DNA of 64,000 nucleotides from Dehalococcoidia bacterium. Its GTDB lineage: Bacteria; Chloroflexota; Dehalococcoidia; UBA2979. Under the pieces are notes generated by a model, which saw only the letters and a program-made list of their open reading frames with translations, was not told where the DNA came from and ran no database searches. The stretch lies in assembly GCA_963667465.2 (NCBI GenBank), contig CAXXDN010000002.1, positions 704,001-768,000 of the forward strand, given 5' to 3'. Position numbers and translations under genes: made by a program. Positions 21,756 to 30,665 of this stretch are shown here, one piece after another; the first letter of the stretch is position 1, and the number at the start of each line of letters is the position of its first letter.

Positions 21756-22922
21756 CTACTCCGGGTCAGCGAGCGCGGCGCGGGCGATTGTTTCGAGGGC
21801 GCGCGCCTCGATCGGGGGGTTGACGAGGCCGCTGCGGACGTCGCGGAAGTAGCGCTCCAGCGGCTCGGCGCGGTGGAGGGCGACGCCACCGACGATGCGC
21901 ATCGCGGCCTCGGCGACCCGGACGGCGCTGTTGGTGGCGAGGCGCTTCGCGGCGGCGACCTGCGGGCCCATGCGGGCGCGCTCGTCCGGGTGCTGCTCCC
22001 AGTCCTCGGCGGTCTGCAGCAGCAGCGCGCGCGCGGCCAGCACGGTTGCGTCGATGCGGCCGATCTGCTCGCGGACGTGGGGGATGCTCGCGATCGGGGC
22101 CGCGTCGCCGAGCGGCTGGCGCTCGCGCGCGAAGCGCACGGCGTAGTCGCGCGCCGCCTCGGCCACGCCGAGGCTCGTCGCGCCGACGAGGATCGGGAAC
22201 CAGGCGTTCGCGCCCGCCTCGCGGCGCGTCCCGCCGCCGCTGCGCGAGAGGAAGTCCTCGTCGCTCACGGCGACTCCGTCGAAGTGCACGTCGTGGGAGC
22301 CGCTGGCGCGCATGCCGAGGGAGTCCCACGTCTCCTCGACGCGCACGCCGGGCAGATCGCGATGCACGGCGAGGCGCGCGGTGTCGCCCGAGCCGTCCTC
22401 GACGGCGACGTAGGTGACGAACCAGGTGAGGGCCGGCGCGAGCGTGGTGAAGGTCTTGTGCCCACTGAGCCGCCAGCGGCCAGGCCCGTCTGGCGTGACG
22501 TTCGAGCGAGGCCGCCCGCCGCCCTGCGGGGAGCCGAGCTCAGGCTCGGCGGCGGCGTTGTTGATGAGCGCGCCGTCGCGCACGACCGCGTCGAAGATGC
22601 GCGCGCGGGCGGCCTCCGGCCAGGCGCGCGCCTGCCCCTCGCCGCCGCAGAGCATGAGGTGCATCGCCAGCCCGATCGCCGTCGAGCCGTCGCCCTTCGC
22701 AAGCGCGAGGTGGGCGAGCGTGATGTCGTCCAGCCCGTAGCCCCCGCCGCCGTACTCCTCGGGCACCGCCGCCGCGGTGTACCCGCTGCGCCGCAGCTCC
22801 TCGAAGTTCTCGAACGGGAAGGAGCCCTCGCGGTCGTACTGCGCCGCGCGCTCCGCGAACGCGGGCGCAAGCGATTGCGCGAGGGCGAGCAGGCCGGCCT
22901 GCCGATCGTTCTTCGGGTACAT
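21756..22922 (-). CDS. Acyl-CoA dehydrogenase family protein
   Basis: FAERAAQYDREGSFPFENF, GHKTFTT, WDSLGMRASGSHDV, LERYFRDVR. Confidence 0.9.
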   Translation of the reverse strand: MYPKNDRQAGLLALAQSLAPAFAERAAQYDREGSFPFENFEELRRSGYTAAAVPEEYGGGGYGLDDITLAHLALAKGDGSTAIGLAMHLMLCGGEGQARAWPEAARARIFDAVVRDGALINNAAAEPELGSPQGGGRPRSNVTPDGPGRWRLSGHKTFTTLAPALTWFVTYVAVEDGSGDTARLAVHRDLPGVRVEETWDSLGMRASGSHDVHFDGVAVSDEDFLSRSGGGTRREAGANAWFPILVGATSLGVAEAARDYAVRFARERQPLGDAAPIASIPHVREQIGRIDATVLAARALLLQTAEDWEQHPDERARMGPQVAAAKRLATNSAVRVAEAAMRIVGGVALHRAEPLERYFRDVRSGLVNPPIEARALETIARAALADPE

Positions 22923-22987
22923 CGCCGGCGAGCGTAGCACCGGGGCGTGGTGGGGGCAGGGGGCGGGGCTCCGCTCCCCACACCCTG

Positions 22988-23017
22988 TTGAGCCCGCCGC
23001 GCGGGCGACCGTACGAT
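22988..23017 (+). promoter_or_regulatory. Sigma70 promoter giving a probable leaderless dapF mRNA
   Basis: TTGAGC-N18-TACGAT ends 6 nt before the ATG at 23024. Confidence 0.5.
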
Positions 23018-23023
23018 GGCTGG

Positions 23024-23896
23024 ATGAACGAGCTGCCGTTCTGGAAGATGCACGGCGCCGGCAACGACTTCGTCGTGCACGACGCCAGCGAGGGCGCGAC
23101 ACGCTCCGACGAGGCGTGGGCCGCGCTCGCCGAGCGCGTGTGCGACCGGCACTTCGGGGTCGGCGCCGACGGGCTGATCGCCGTCCTGCCCTCGGATGTC
23201 GCGGACCGGCGGATGCGGATCTTCAACTCCGACGGCTCCGAGGCGGAGATGTGCGGCAACGGCATCCGCTGCCTCGTCAAGTTCGCGCTCGACCGGGACG
23301 AGGCGCTGCGCTCGCGCGGCGCGCTGCGCGTCGAGACGCTCGCCGGGGTGCTGGACGCCGTGGCGACGTTCGGCGCCGGCGGGACTGTCGATCGCGTGCG
23401 CGTCAGCATGGGCGCGCCGCGCTTCGAGCCGGAGGCGATCGGCGCGCTCGTCGAGCAGGCGCCGCCGGTGCTCGACCTGCCCATCGAGGCGGCCGGCGAG
23501 AGGCGCCGCGTGACGCTCGTCTCGATGGGCAACCCGCACGCCGTGATGTTCGGCAGTGAGCCGGTCGAGGCGTTCGACCTCGAGCGGATCGGGCCGGCGA
23601 TTGAGCACCACCCGCTGTTCGCGAACCGCACGAACGTCGAGATCGTGCGTGTGCGCGATCGCGCGGCGATCGAGATGCGCGTGTGGGAGCGTGGCGTGGG
23701 CGAGACGCTCGCCTGCGGCTCCGGCGCCTGTGCGGCCGTCGTCGCCGCGCGCCTGCGCGGCCTCGCCGACGACGAGGTCGCAGTGAGCGTCCCGGGCGGG
23801 ACACTCGGCATCGGCTGGGCCGGCGAGGGCGAGGTGACGCTCGAGGGCCCGGCAGTCAAGGTCTTCGAATCGATCTGGCGCGAGCCGGGATCGTAA
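23024..23896 (+). CDS. dapF: Diaminopimelate epimerase
   Basis: FWKMHGAGNDF, NSDGSEAEMCGNGIRC, SMGNPHAV, ERGVGETLACGSGACA. Confidence 0.97.
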   Translation: MNELPFWKMHGAGNDFVVHDASEGATRSDEAWAALAERVCDRHFGVGADGLIAVLPSDVADRRMRIFNSDGSEAEMCGNGIRCLVKFALDRDEALRSRGALRVETLAGVLDAVATFGAGGTVDRVRVSMGAPRFEPEAIGALVEQAPPVLDLPIEAAGERRRVTLVSMGNPHAVMFGSEPVEAFDLERIGPAIEHHPLFANRTNVEIVRVRDRAAIEMRVWERGVGETLACGSGACAAVVAARLRGLADDEVAVSVPGGTLGIGWAGEGEVTLEGPAVKVFESIWREPGS

Positions 23897-23947
23897 TGAA
23901 TCAGCACGTCAGTATGAGACTCCGAGGAGTTCCAGGGAGACACAGCC

Positions 23948-24835
23948 ATGACGCAGGCACGGATCGGCGGACAACTGGGCGATGCGCTACAGACGCGCAA
24001 TGCCCCTCGCAGCATCGATGAGTGGGAAGCGCTACTCGACAGCGACGCAGCCGACGTGGTGGAAACCGACATCGGTGAGATGGCGATCGCGCGCGAGCGT
24101 GGCCAGCTCCACCTGCACTACGCCTTCGACGACCTCGAGGCGATGACCGCGGCCTGGCATCCCTGCTTCGACGCGCTGCGCGACCGTATCGCCAGCTCCG
24201 GCCACCCGTACGTGACCATCGACCTCGTCGAGCACATCAACCGGCGCTGGATCGAGAACCTGCTCGCCGAGTGCGACTTCCAGGAGATGGGCGAGTGGCT
24301 CGAGCTCGTGCACCCCGGCCTGCGCGATGTCGTCCCGCCCGAGTTCCCCGAGGGCCTGACGATGCGCCGCGCCCAGCCCGGCGACGCGGACGCGATCGTC
24401 GCGATCGAGGGCGCCGCCTACGGCGAGTGGACCGACGGCGAGGGGGCCACCCTCGCGCGCATCGAGGAGGCCGGCTGGACCGGCGTGATCGAGCGCGACG
24501 GCGAGGTGATCGCCTACGCGATCAACACCCCCGTCAAGGACGGGCGCGGCGAGGTCATGTCCTGCGCCGTGAAGCCCGACGCGCAGGGCGATGGCATCGG
24601 CAAGCTGATCCTCGGTGCGGCCACCTACCAGTTGGCCGCCTCGGACGGTCGCGAGGCCGCCGTGCGTGTGCGTCCGGACATCCCGCAGGCGGCTCGCACC
24701 GCCACGGCGGTCGGGTACCTCGTGGGCCGGCGCGGCATCGAGCTGCGGCGCGACTCGGACGAGGAAGTGCTGCGGCAGGCGCGCGACGAGGCGCGCGTCC
24801 GCGGCATGAAGGTTCGCTTCGGCGGCTGGCGCTAG
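23948..24835 (+). CDS. GNAT family N-acetyltransferase (C-terminal GNAT domain)
   Basis: LTMRRAQPGDADAIVAIE and the acetyl-CoA motif CAVKPDAQGDGIGKLIL. Confidence 0.78.
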   Translation: MTQARIGGQLGDALQTRNAPRSIDEWEALLDSDAADVVETDIGEMAIARERGQLHLHYAFDDLEAMTAAWHPCFDALRDRIASSGHPYVTIDLVEHINRRWIENLLAECDFQEMGEWLELVHPGLRDVVPPEFPEGLTMRRAQPGDADAIVAIEGAAYGEWTDGEGATLARIEEAGWTGVIERDGEVIAYAINTPVKDGRGEVMSCAVKPDAQGDGIGKLILGAATYQLAASDGREAAVRVRPDIPQAARTATAVGYLVGRRGIELRRDSDEEVLRQARDEARVRGMKVRFGGWR

Positions 24836-24839
24836 CGGC

Positions 24840-26009
24840 ATGAGACTCGCGCGCCGCGTCGAACAGCTCCCGCCCTACCTCTTCGCCCGCATCTCCGAGC
24901 TGATCGCCAGGCAGCAGGCCGCCGGCGTCGACGTGATCTCGCTCGGCATCGGCGACCCGGATCTGCCGACGCCCGACCACATCCTCGACTCGCTGCGCGA
25001 GGCCGCCGGCGACCCGGCGAACCACCGCTACCCGGAGACCGAGGGCCTGCCCGAGTTTCGCGAGGCCGTCGCGCGCTGGTACGACAAGCGCCACGGCGTG
25101 GCGCTCGACCCGGAGAGCGAGGTCGTCTCGTTGATCGGCTCGAAGGAGGGGCTCGGCCACCTCCCGCTCTGCCTGATCGATCCGGGCGACCTCGCGATCG
25201 GCACGCAGCCCGGCTACCCCGTCTACGACATCGCGACGATGTTCGCCGGCGGCGAGACGCTCTCGCTGCAGCTGCGCGAGGAGGACGGCTGGCTGCCGCG
25301 CCTCGAGGACATACCCGCCGCCGAGGCGGAGCGCGCGCGTCTGCTCTGGCTCAACTATCCGAACAACCCGACCGGCGCGATCGCCGACGAGGCCTTCTTC
25401 GCCCGCGCCATCGCCTGGGCGCGCGACAACGACGTGGTGATCGCACACGACCTCGCCTACTCGGACGTCTGCTACGACGGCTACCAGGCGCCCTCGATCC
25501 TCGAGGTTGAGGGCGCTCGCGATGTCGCGATCGAGTTCAACTCGCTCTCCAAGACGTTCAACATGACCGGCTGGCGGATCGGCATGGCGGTCGGCAACGC
25601 CGACCTCGTGGGCGTGTTGCGGCGCGTCAAGTCGAACCTCGACAGCGGCGTGCCACAGGCCGTGCAACAGATGGCGATCACCGCCCTCGACGACCCGCGC
25701 GACTCGATTGAGCGACATAACGAGATCTACCAGCGCCGCCGCGACCGTGTCGTCGAGGTGCTGCGCGAGCTCGGCCTGCACGTCGATCCGCCGAAGGCCT
25801 CGCTCTACGTCTGGGCGCGGCTGCCAGAGGGCGAGCGCTCCTCGGCGGCGTACGCGCAGCAGCTGGTCGAGGCGACCGGCGTGGTGGTCACGCCGGGCAC
25901 GGGCTACGGCGACGGAGGCGAGGGCTACATCCGCATCTCGATCACGATTGCCGACGAGCGCCTCGAGGAGGCGCTGTCGCGGCTGAGCGCCTTCGCCCGC
26001 GGCCAGTAG
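24840..26009 (+). CDS. dapL: LL-diaminopimelate aminotransferase
   Basis: LPPYLFA, LGIGDPD, LIGSKEG, NYPNNPTG, HDLAYS, SLSKTFNMTGWRIG, KSNLDSG; lies in the dapF operon. Confidence 0.88.
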   Translation: MRLARRVEQLPPYLFARISELIARQQAAGVDVISLGIGDPDLPTPDHILDSLREAAGDPANHRYPETEGLPEFREAVARWYDKRHGVALDPESEVVSLIGSKEGLGHLPLCLIDPGDLAIGTQPGYPVYDIATMFAGGETLSLQLREEDGWLPRLEDIPAAEAERARLLWLNYPNNPTGAIADEAFFARAIAWARDNDVVIAHDLAYSDVCYDGYQAPSILEVEGARDVAIEFNSLSKTFNMTGWRIGMAVGNADLVGVLRRVKSNLDSGVPQAVQQMAITALDDPRDSIERHNEIYQRRRDRVVEVLRELGLHVDPPKASLYVWARLPEGERSSAAYAQQLVEATGVVVTPGTGYGDGGEGYIRISITIADERLEEALSRLSAFARGQ

Positions 26010-26019
26010 GGCGGCGGCG

Positions 26020-26256
26020 ATGGCGCGCCGCCCGGCACAGCCGATGCCCAGGGCCGTGCTCGACGCGCTCGAGGCGCGCGGCGTGCGCGAGGACTACGAG
26101 GCGCGGCCCTTCTACCAGCGCAACGACTACCTCGCCTGGATCGCCCGCGCGCAGCGCGCGGAGACGCGCGAACGGCGCCTCGCCCAGATGCTCGACGAGT
26201 TGGAGCGGGGTGGCGTCTACATGAAGATGGCGCACGCACCGAGCCGCAAGGACTAG
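26020..26256 (+). CDS. YdeI/OmpD-associated (OmdA) family protein
   Basis: YEARPFYQRNDYLAWI..A.R.ETR.RRL.QMLDEL..G..YMKM. Confidence 0.85.
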   Translation: MARRPAQPMPRAVLDALEARGVREDYEARPFYQRNDYLAWIARAQRAETRERRLAQMLDELERGGVYMKMAHAPSRKD

Positions 26257-26327
26257 CCTGCCGACCGGGGTGCAGCGCGCCCGCGCCGCGCGCGCTATCA
26301 TCGCCTCCCTCCCCCGGAACCGTAGCG

Positions 26328-27536
26328 ATGACCACGACCGCCGCACCGAGGACCGCGAGCGCCGCGCAGCCGCCGCCCGGGCCGGGCGTCTTCTCCTCGC
26401 GGATGCTGCGCGAGGCGATCGATTCCGGGCGCATCTCGCCGAAGCGGATCCCTGCGGCGCAGATCCAGCCGGCCAGCATCGACCTGCGGCTCGGCGCGAA
26501 GGCCTACCGGCTGCGCAGCAGCTTCCTGCCGGGTCCGAACGCGCGCGTGCGGGATCGCCTGCCGGAGCTGCAGATGGGCGCGCCGCTCGATCTGTCGGAC
26601 CCCGAGGGCGTCGTACTCGAGCCGGGGCGACCCTACCTCGTGAAGCTGATGGAGAGCGTGCGACTGCCGGAGGGCGCGATCGGGCGCACCAACCCCCGCA
26701 GCTCCACCGGCCGTCTCGACGTCTTCACGCGCGTGATCAGCGATCGCGGGACGCAGTTCGACGAGGTCGAGCCGGGCTACGAGGGCCCGCTCTGGCTCGA
26801 GGTCTACTCCAATACCTTCACCGTGAACGTGCGCCAGGGCCTCGCACTCACCCAGCTGCGGATCTCCTCGGGCGACTCGTGGCTGGACGCCGCCGCGATC
26901 GGCGAGCTGCACACGCGCGAGGGCCTTGTCTTCGAGAGCGGGCGATCGCCCGGCGCGCCCCGCGAGCGCGTCGAGGCGCCGCGGATCGGCCAGCGCGGGT
27001 TGCTGGTCAGCGTCGATCTGCCGGGTGCGCAGTTCTGCGGTTGGCGCGCGAAGCGCAACAGCGCGCTGCTCGACCTCGCGAAGACGGACGCCTACGACCC
27101 GTTCGACTACTGGGAGCCGGTTTTCGCCGAGCCGGGCGGGCGGCTGGTCATCCAACCGGGCGACTTCCACCTGCTGATCACCCGGGAGTTCGTGAGCATC
27201 CCGCCCGATGTCGCGGCGGAGATGGTGGCCTACGACCCGACCAACGGGGAGCTGCGCACGCACTACGCCGGCTTCTGCGACCCCGGTTTCGGCTACGGCG
27301 CGGACCTGCGCGGTACGCAGGCGGTGCTCGAGGTGCGTGCGCACGACGTGCCGTTCATGCTCGAGGACGGCCAGCCGATCGCGCGGCTCGCCTTCGAGCG
27401 GATGGCGGAGCCGCCTGGCGTGCTCTACGGCAGCAGCGAGCTCGGTTCGCACTTCCAGCGGCAGGGCGTGAAGCTCAGCCGCCAGTTCAAGGTCCCTGAG
27501 GCGAGCATCCGCTTCCAGATGACCAGCGGCCGCTGA
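26328..27536 (+). CDS. dcd: 2'-deoxycytidine 5'-triphosphate deaminase (long two-domain type)
   Basis: IQPASIDLRLG, NPRSSTGRLDVFTRVI, ELRTHYAGFCDPGFG, VLEVRAHDVPF. Confidence 0.9.
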   Translation: MTTTAAPRTASAAQPPPGPGVFSSRMLREAIDSGRISPKRIPAAQIQPASIDLRLGAKAYRLRSSFLPGPNARVRDRLPELQMGAPLDLSDPEGVVLEPGRPYLVKLMESVRLPEGAIGRTNPRSSTGRLDVFTRVISDRGTQFDEVEPGYEGPLWLEVYSNTFTVNVRQGLALTQLRISSGDSWLDAAAIGELHTREGLVFESGRSPGAPRERVEAPRIGQRGLLVSVDLPGAQFCGWRAKRNSALLDLAKTDAYDPFDYWEPVFAEPGGRLVIQPGDFHLLITREFVSIPPDVAAEMVAYDPTNGELRTHYAGFCDPGFGYGADLRGTQAVLEVRAHDVPFMLEDGQPIARLAFERMAEPPGVLYGSSELGSHFQRQGVKLSRQFKVPEASIRFQMTSGR

Positions 27537-27630
27537 CGCAGCCCTCCGCCAGGATGTGCTCCCGGGCTGTGGGCAGCAGTTCGAGCCGTCCCTGACATCC
27601 GCTCCTGGTGACGTGGCGAGGCCCGCCCCA

Positions 27631-28545
27631 TCACTCGGTGGCGGCGATCACCAGCGGCACGACGGCGCGAGGTGGCGGGAAACCCTCACCAGCGGACGCG
27701 TCCTCCTCGAACACCTCGAGGTGCGCGAGCTGGTGCTCGGCCGCCTCGTACTCGACCGCGAAGCCGAAGGGCGCCGGGCCATCCACTCCGCCGCCCATCG
27801 CGAAGCCGCTCGCCAGTTCCTCACCCGTACGGCCGCGGAGGCGCCACTGCACATTCGACTCGAACGTGCGAGAGCAGCCGCGAACCGTAAACCCACTCGC
27901 GACCTCCTCGCCAGCGGCGGGCGAGGTCACGATCACGAGCGCGGCGTCGGGCAGGCTCCCATCACACGCGAACGCGTCAGCAGCGCTGATGCCCGAGAGC
28001 TCCTCCAGTGCCTCGCCCGCGAGGCGGAACCGGCGAATGACGAGGATCGAAGGGGCTTCTGAGTACGGCGCGTCGGGCGGCCGGTCGACGATCGCCACCG
28101 TGATGCTGCCCTCGTGGATCGAGAGACCTGCGATGCGTATCCGGTCGCCGAGGAAGACGGTGTCGGCGTCGCGGAGGTCGCCCTCCTCATTCAGCAGCGC
28201 GTGCAGGTAGCGGAAGTTCCCGCTGCCGCCCAGGTGCTCGATCGTGATGGCTGCGGCGTCCGCGCTGCCGTCGCCGTCGAGGTCGCCGAGGGTCCACTGG
28301 CTGAGGCGGATCTCGAGTTCGCTGGCCGAGCCGGGCGCGACCGGCTCGCGAAACTCGCCGTCCTCGAGCGTGGCCGTGCCGCTGTCGGTGTGCTCGGTCA
28401 GGATGGTCGCCGCCTCGAGGCTCACGCCGTCCACCCGATCGGTGCCGACTACGTCACAGGACGCCAACGCCGCGGCTGCGAAGAGCAGCACGCCCGCGGC
28501 CGTCGCGCTTCGAGCAGCACGCCGGGTCCAGTCTCGCATCGACAT
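27631..28545 (-). CDS. Lipoprotein with C-terminal Gmad2 immunoglobulin-like domain
   Basis: Lipobox ALASC; GDLDGDG repeat, VFLGDRIRI; VTSPAAGEEV..GFTVRG..RTFESNVQWRL. Confidence 0.75.
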   Translation of the reverse strand: MSMRDWTRRAARSATAAGVLLFAAAALASCDVVGTDRVDGVSLEAATILTEHTDSGTATLEDGEFREPVAPGSASELEIRLSQWTLGDLDGDGSADAAAITIEHLGGSGNFRYLHALLNEEGDLRDADTVFLGDRIRIAGLSIHEGSITVAIVDRPPDAPYSEAPSILVIRRFRLAGEALEELSGISAADAFACDGSLPDAALVIVTSPAAGEEVASGFTVRGCSRTFESNVQWRLRGRTGEELASGFAMGGGVDGPAPFGFAVEYEAAEHQLAHLEVFEEDASAGEGFPPPRAVVPLVIAATE

Positions 28546-28582
28546 AGCGGCTCCCTCGGAGTCGGGCGTCAGTTACAGAGTA

Positions 28583-28614
28583 GTCCGAAGGCGGTCCGAG
28601 GCGGTCCGAAGGCG
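28583..28614. repeat. Three tandem 10-11 bp direct repeats, GTCCGA(A)GGCG
   Basis: gtccgaaggcg / gtccgaggcg / gtccgaaggcg in the divergent lipoprotein-hflX intergenic region. Confidence 0.8.
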
Positions 28615-28789
28615 GGAGGACGCGGCCTTCATCGTACCGCTACGCCCGGCCGCCGCATGGGCCGCTGACGCCCCCGCGCGGGTCGCAGCGGACACGGCGG
28701 CCCGCGCAGCCCGTATCCTTGATCGCGCGACGGACCGGCCGCGCGGTGTGTCCCGCGCGATCCGGACCGTGGCCCCGGAGGAGGACCGG

Positions 28790-30049
28790 ATCCCGAGGAA
28801 GCGCACTCGCAACGGCCGTAACGGCGGCAGCGGAGCAGCGAACGGGCGCGGTCACGCGACCGCGCCGGTGCAGGAACGCGCCTTCCTCGTCGGCCTGGAC
28901 TACCAGCGCAAGCCGCTGATGCCGCCTCGCGAGTCGCTGCGCGAGCTGGCGCGGCTCGCCCGCACGGCGGGCGCGACCGTCGTTGGCCAGACGCTGCAGC
29001 GGCGGCCCCGCCCGGACCCCGCGACCTGGATCGGCGCGGGCAAGCTCGAGGAGATCCAGGCCGCACGGGAGACGACGGACTACTCGCTCGTGATCTTCGA
29101 CGAGCAGCTCTCGCCCGCCCAGCAGCTGCGCCTGGAGGAGGCGCTGGGCGTCAAGGTACTGGACCGCAGCGCGCTGATCCTCGACATCTTCGCCAGCCGC
29201 GCGCGCACCCGCGAGGCGGCGCTGCAGGTCGAGCTGGCGCAACACGAGTACCTGCTGCCGCGCCTGCGCGGACAGTGGCGGCACCTCGAACGCACCGAGG
29301 GCGCGATCGGCGCGCGCGGACCGGGCGAGACACAGCTGGAGACAGACCGTCGCCTGGTCGGTGCTCGCATCAGCCACCTCAAGCGCTCGATCCAGAGCGT
29401 GCGCAAGCAGCGCGCGCTACACCGCCGCCGCCGCGAGCGCGACGGCATCCCCGTCGTCGCCCTCGTCGGCTACACCAACGCCGGCAAGTCCTCGCTGCTC
29501 CAGGCGCTCGCGGGGAGTGAGGCCTTCACCGCCGACGCGCCCTTCGCGACGCTCGACCCGCTCACGCGCCGCGTTGGCGTGCCGGGCGGCCATGCATTTC
29601 TGCTGACCGACACGGTGGGCTTCATCCAGAAGCTGCCGACGCAGCTCATCTCGGCCTTCCGCGCCACCCTCGAGGAACTCGAATCCGCCGATCTGCTCCT
29701 CCACGTCGTCGACGCGAGCTCGCCTGCCGCGGCTGCGCAGGGCGATACCGTGCTCGACACGCTCGCCGGCCTCGATCTGACCGGCCGGCCGGTGCTGACC
29801 GTGCTCAACAAGGCCGACGAGCTTGAGCTGCCCGACGGCGCGCTGCCGGCTGCGGAGTCCGACCTCGCGCGGCTCGACGGCGAGAACCCGGCGCACGAGT
29901 CGGCGCTGGCGCACCCGGATCTGCCGCACATCGGGACGCTGGTCGTCTCGGCGCTGCACGGCTGGGGCATCGCTGCGCTGCGTGAGCGCCTGGCGCTCGA
30001 CCTCTTCGGCGAGCGTCCGCCCGCGCGGGCGCTGGCAGCGTCGAGCTGA
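28790..30049 (+). CDS. hflX: GTPase HflX
   Basis: LDRSALILDIFA, LQVELAQ, GPGETQLETDRR, VGYTNAGKS, FATLDP, DTVGFI, NKAD; start is uncertain (ATC 28790 after GGAGGAGG, or GTG 28769). Confidence 0.95.
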   Translation: MPRKRTRNGRNGGSGAANGRGHATAPVQERAFLVGLDYQRKPLMPPRESLRELARLARTAGATVVGQTLQRRPRPDPATWIGAGKLEEIQAARETTDYSLVIFDEQLSPAQQLRLEEALGVKVLDRSALILDIFASRARTREAALQVELAQHEYLLPRLRGQWRHLERTEGAIGARGPGETQLETDRRLVGARISHLKRSIQSVRKQRALHRRRRERDGIPVVALVGYTNAGKSSLLQALAGSEAFTADAPFATLDPLTRRVGVPGGHAFLLTDTVGFIQKLPTQLISAFRATLEELESADLLLHVVDASSPAAAAQGDTVLDTLAGLDLTGRPVLTVLNKADELELPDGALPAAESDLARLDGENPAHESALAHPDLPHIGTLVVSALHGWGIAALRERLALDLFGERPPARALAASS

Positions 30050-30140
30050 GCGAGGGGTTCAGGAACCCCAGCCGCCCGGACCGCGTTATCCTCACAGGGG
30101 CTGTTCGCTCAGCGAGCGGCTCTTGGGCGACGGGAGCACG

Positions 30141-30665
30141 ATGGGCGACACAGCCACGCCGTCCGGAGCACGCGATCCTCGGCGGCACGATGGCCGCGAG
30201 ACGTTCGGGCGCTACCTCGATGACTTCGTGGCGGGCGACGAGTTCCTCCATTGGCCCGGCCGCACCATCACCGAGTACGACGACACGCTCTTCGCCGCGC
30301 TGACAATGAACCAGCATCCGGTACACAGCGACGCGGCCTACGCCGCGGGCACGCAACACGGGGAGCGCCTCGTCGTCGGGACGCTCGTCTTCAGCCTCGT
30401 CGTCGGCATGACGGTGCGCGACATCTCCGGCCGCGCGATCGCCAACCTGCAGTACGACGAGGTCCGTCACCTCGGACCAGCCTTCCACGGCGACACGATC
30501 TACGCGCGCTCGACCGTGCTGGACGTGCAGCCCAGCGCACGCCACCCCGGCCGCGGCGTCCTCGAGGTCGAGACGATCGCCGAGAACCAGCGCGGCGAGC
30601 CGGTGCTGTCCTTCCGGCGCGCGGTGCTGTTGCCGTGCCGCCCGCTGGACGGGGACGCGGCATGA
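30141..30665 (+). CDS. MaoC family dehydratase
   Basis: GRYLDDF..G, HWPGRTITEYDD, TMNQHPVHSD, PAFHGDTIYA, NQRGEPV. Confidence 0.92.
   Translation: MGDTATPSGARDPRRHDGRETFGRYLDDFVAGDEFLHWPGRTITEYDDTLFAALTMNQHPVHSDAAYAAGTQHGERLVVGTLVFSLVVGMTVRDISGRAIANLQYDEVRHLGPAFHGDTIYARSTVLDVQPSARHPGRGVLEVETIAENQRGEPVLSFRRAVLLPCRPLDGDAA

Noticed and set aside
27537-27630. tRNA-like element (GTTCGAGCC)
   Set aside because: No cloverleaf, acceptor stem or CCA could be built; it is probably just a terminator region between convergent genes.
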